Origin: Spirulina sp.
Lineage (GTDB): Bacteria; Cyanobacteriota; Cyanobacteriia; Phormidesmidales; Phormidesmidaceae
Direction of reading: 5' to 3'
Assembly (NCBI GenBank): GCA_044070495.1
Contig: JBIPSI010000002.1
Location: 128,001-192,000 of the forward strand
DNA: 64,000 bases
Below are positions 63,601 to 64,000 of the stretch, piece after piece (position 1 is the stretch's first letter; every line of letters begins with the position of its first letter). A program made the position numbers and the translations under genes. The notes under the pieces were generated by a model. The model did no database searches. It was not told the DNA's origin and saw only the letters and a program-made list of their open reading frames with translations.

Positions 63601-64000
63601 TTAAGAGCCTAGAAATTTGGACAATAGTTTAACATAGGCACTTTGGTAGTAAATGGCGGGTTCTGTAATTTCCCACATTCTTTGGCTGCCGCTACTGCTA
63701 TCTAGATAAACCTTCATGGGCGGCAAGTGGGTAATCGGGGCATTGCCAGTATAGCCTTGATTAGGACCACCAGTAACATACCCCGGCGCAGGGCCGTTTT
63801 CAGACGTGAGCGCATTCCTATACATCCCTTGGCCAAACCACTCATGGTACATTTCGTTGGCAGAGTGATGTGCTCCAGCTTCGTACATATTCGTTAAATA
63901 GACCAGGCCGAGAGGATTCACTCCATGGATGTAGTGCAAGTGATCAAGAGCGCGACTTAGATAGCTTTCATGGTCGGAGTTTGTGCCGTATAAAATTGCA
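63601..64000 (-). CDS. Glycoside hydrolase family 9-like protein, 3' end (continues beyond the window)
   Basis: HYIHGVNP…YLTNM, APGYVTGGPN and EITEPAIYYQ. Confidence 0.75.
   Translation of the reverse strand, partial: AILYGTNSDHESYLSRALDHLHYIHGVNPLGLVYLTNMYEAGAHHSANEMYHEWFGQGMYRNALTSENGPAPGYVTGGPNQGYTGNAPITHLPPMKVYLDSSSGSQRMWEITEPAIYYQSAYVKLLSKFLGS

Overview
64-kb window from a moderately GC-rich cyanobacterium (Leptolyngbya/Nodosilinea-like gene content; this is inference). Bases 1-32.5 kb and 52.2-64 kb are mostly housekeeping. They hold prfC, a peptide ABC permease, clpC, a TPP riboswitch with a Na+/solute symporter, corA, groEL with CIRCE, egtBD, a C-terminal protease, prolyl oligopeptidase, clpB, trpC, lpdA, recF, an adenylate cyclase and the end of a polysaccharide cluster. 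Between lpdA and NUDIX/recF (about 32.7-52.2 kb) lies a defence island built on an Ssp-type single-strand DNA phosphorothioation (PT) locus. The island keeps an intact cysteine desulfurase (sspA-like), a DUF4007 gene (sspB), a PT-associated methyltransferase with a duplicated flanking domain, and a zinc-peptidase-like partner gene. sspC is split, with its ATPase part replaced by foreign DNA, and no sspD or sspE is visible. Cargo includes six Uma2 genes, two MNT-HEPN toxin-antitoxin pairs, DUF29, an XRE-controlled MazG-like fusion, a CoiA-like nuclease and a possible stand-alone sulfur-binding-domain protein. Three cargo cassettes upstream of sspA are separated by four decayed copies of one gene's 3' tail. 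Nested MITEs and in-frame palindromic repeats are common, and the HIP1 core CGATCG appears to be avoided. All family assignments come from motif recognition by eye; no searches were run.
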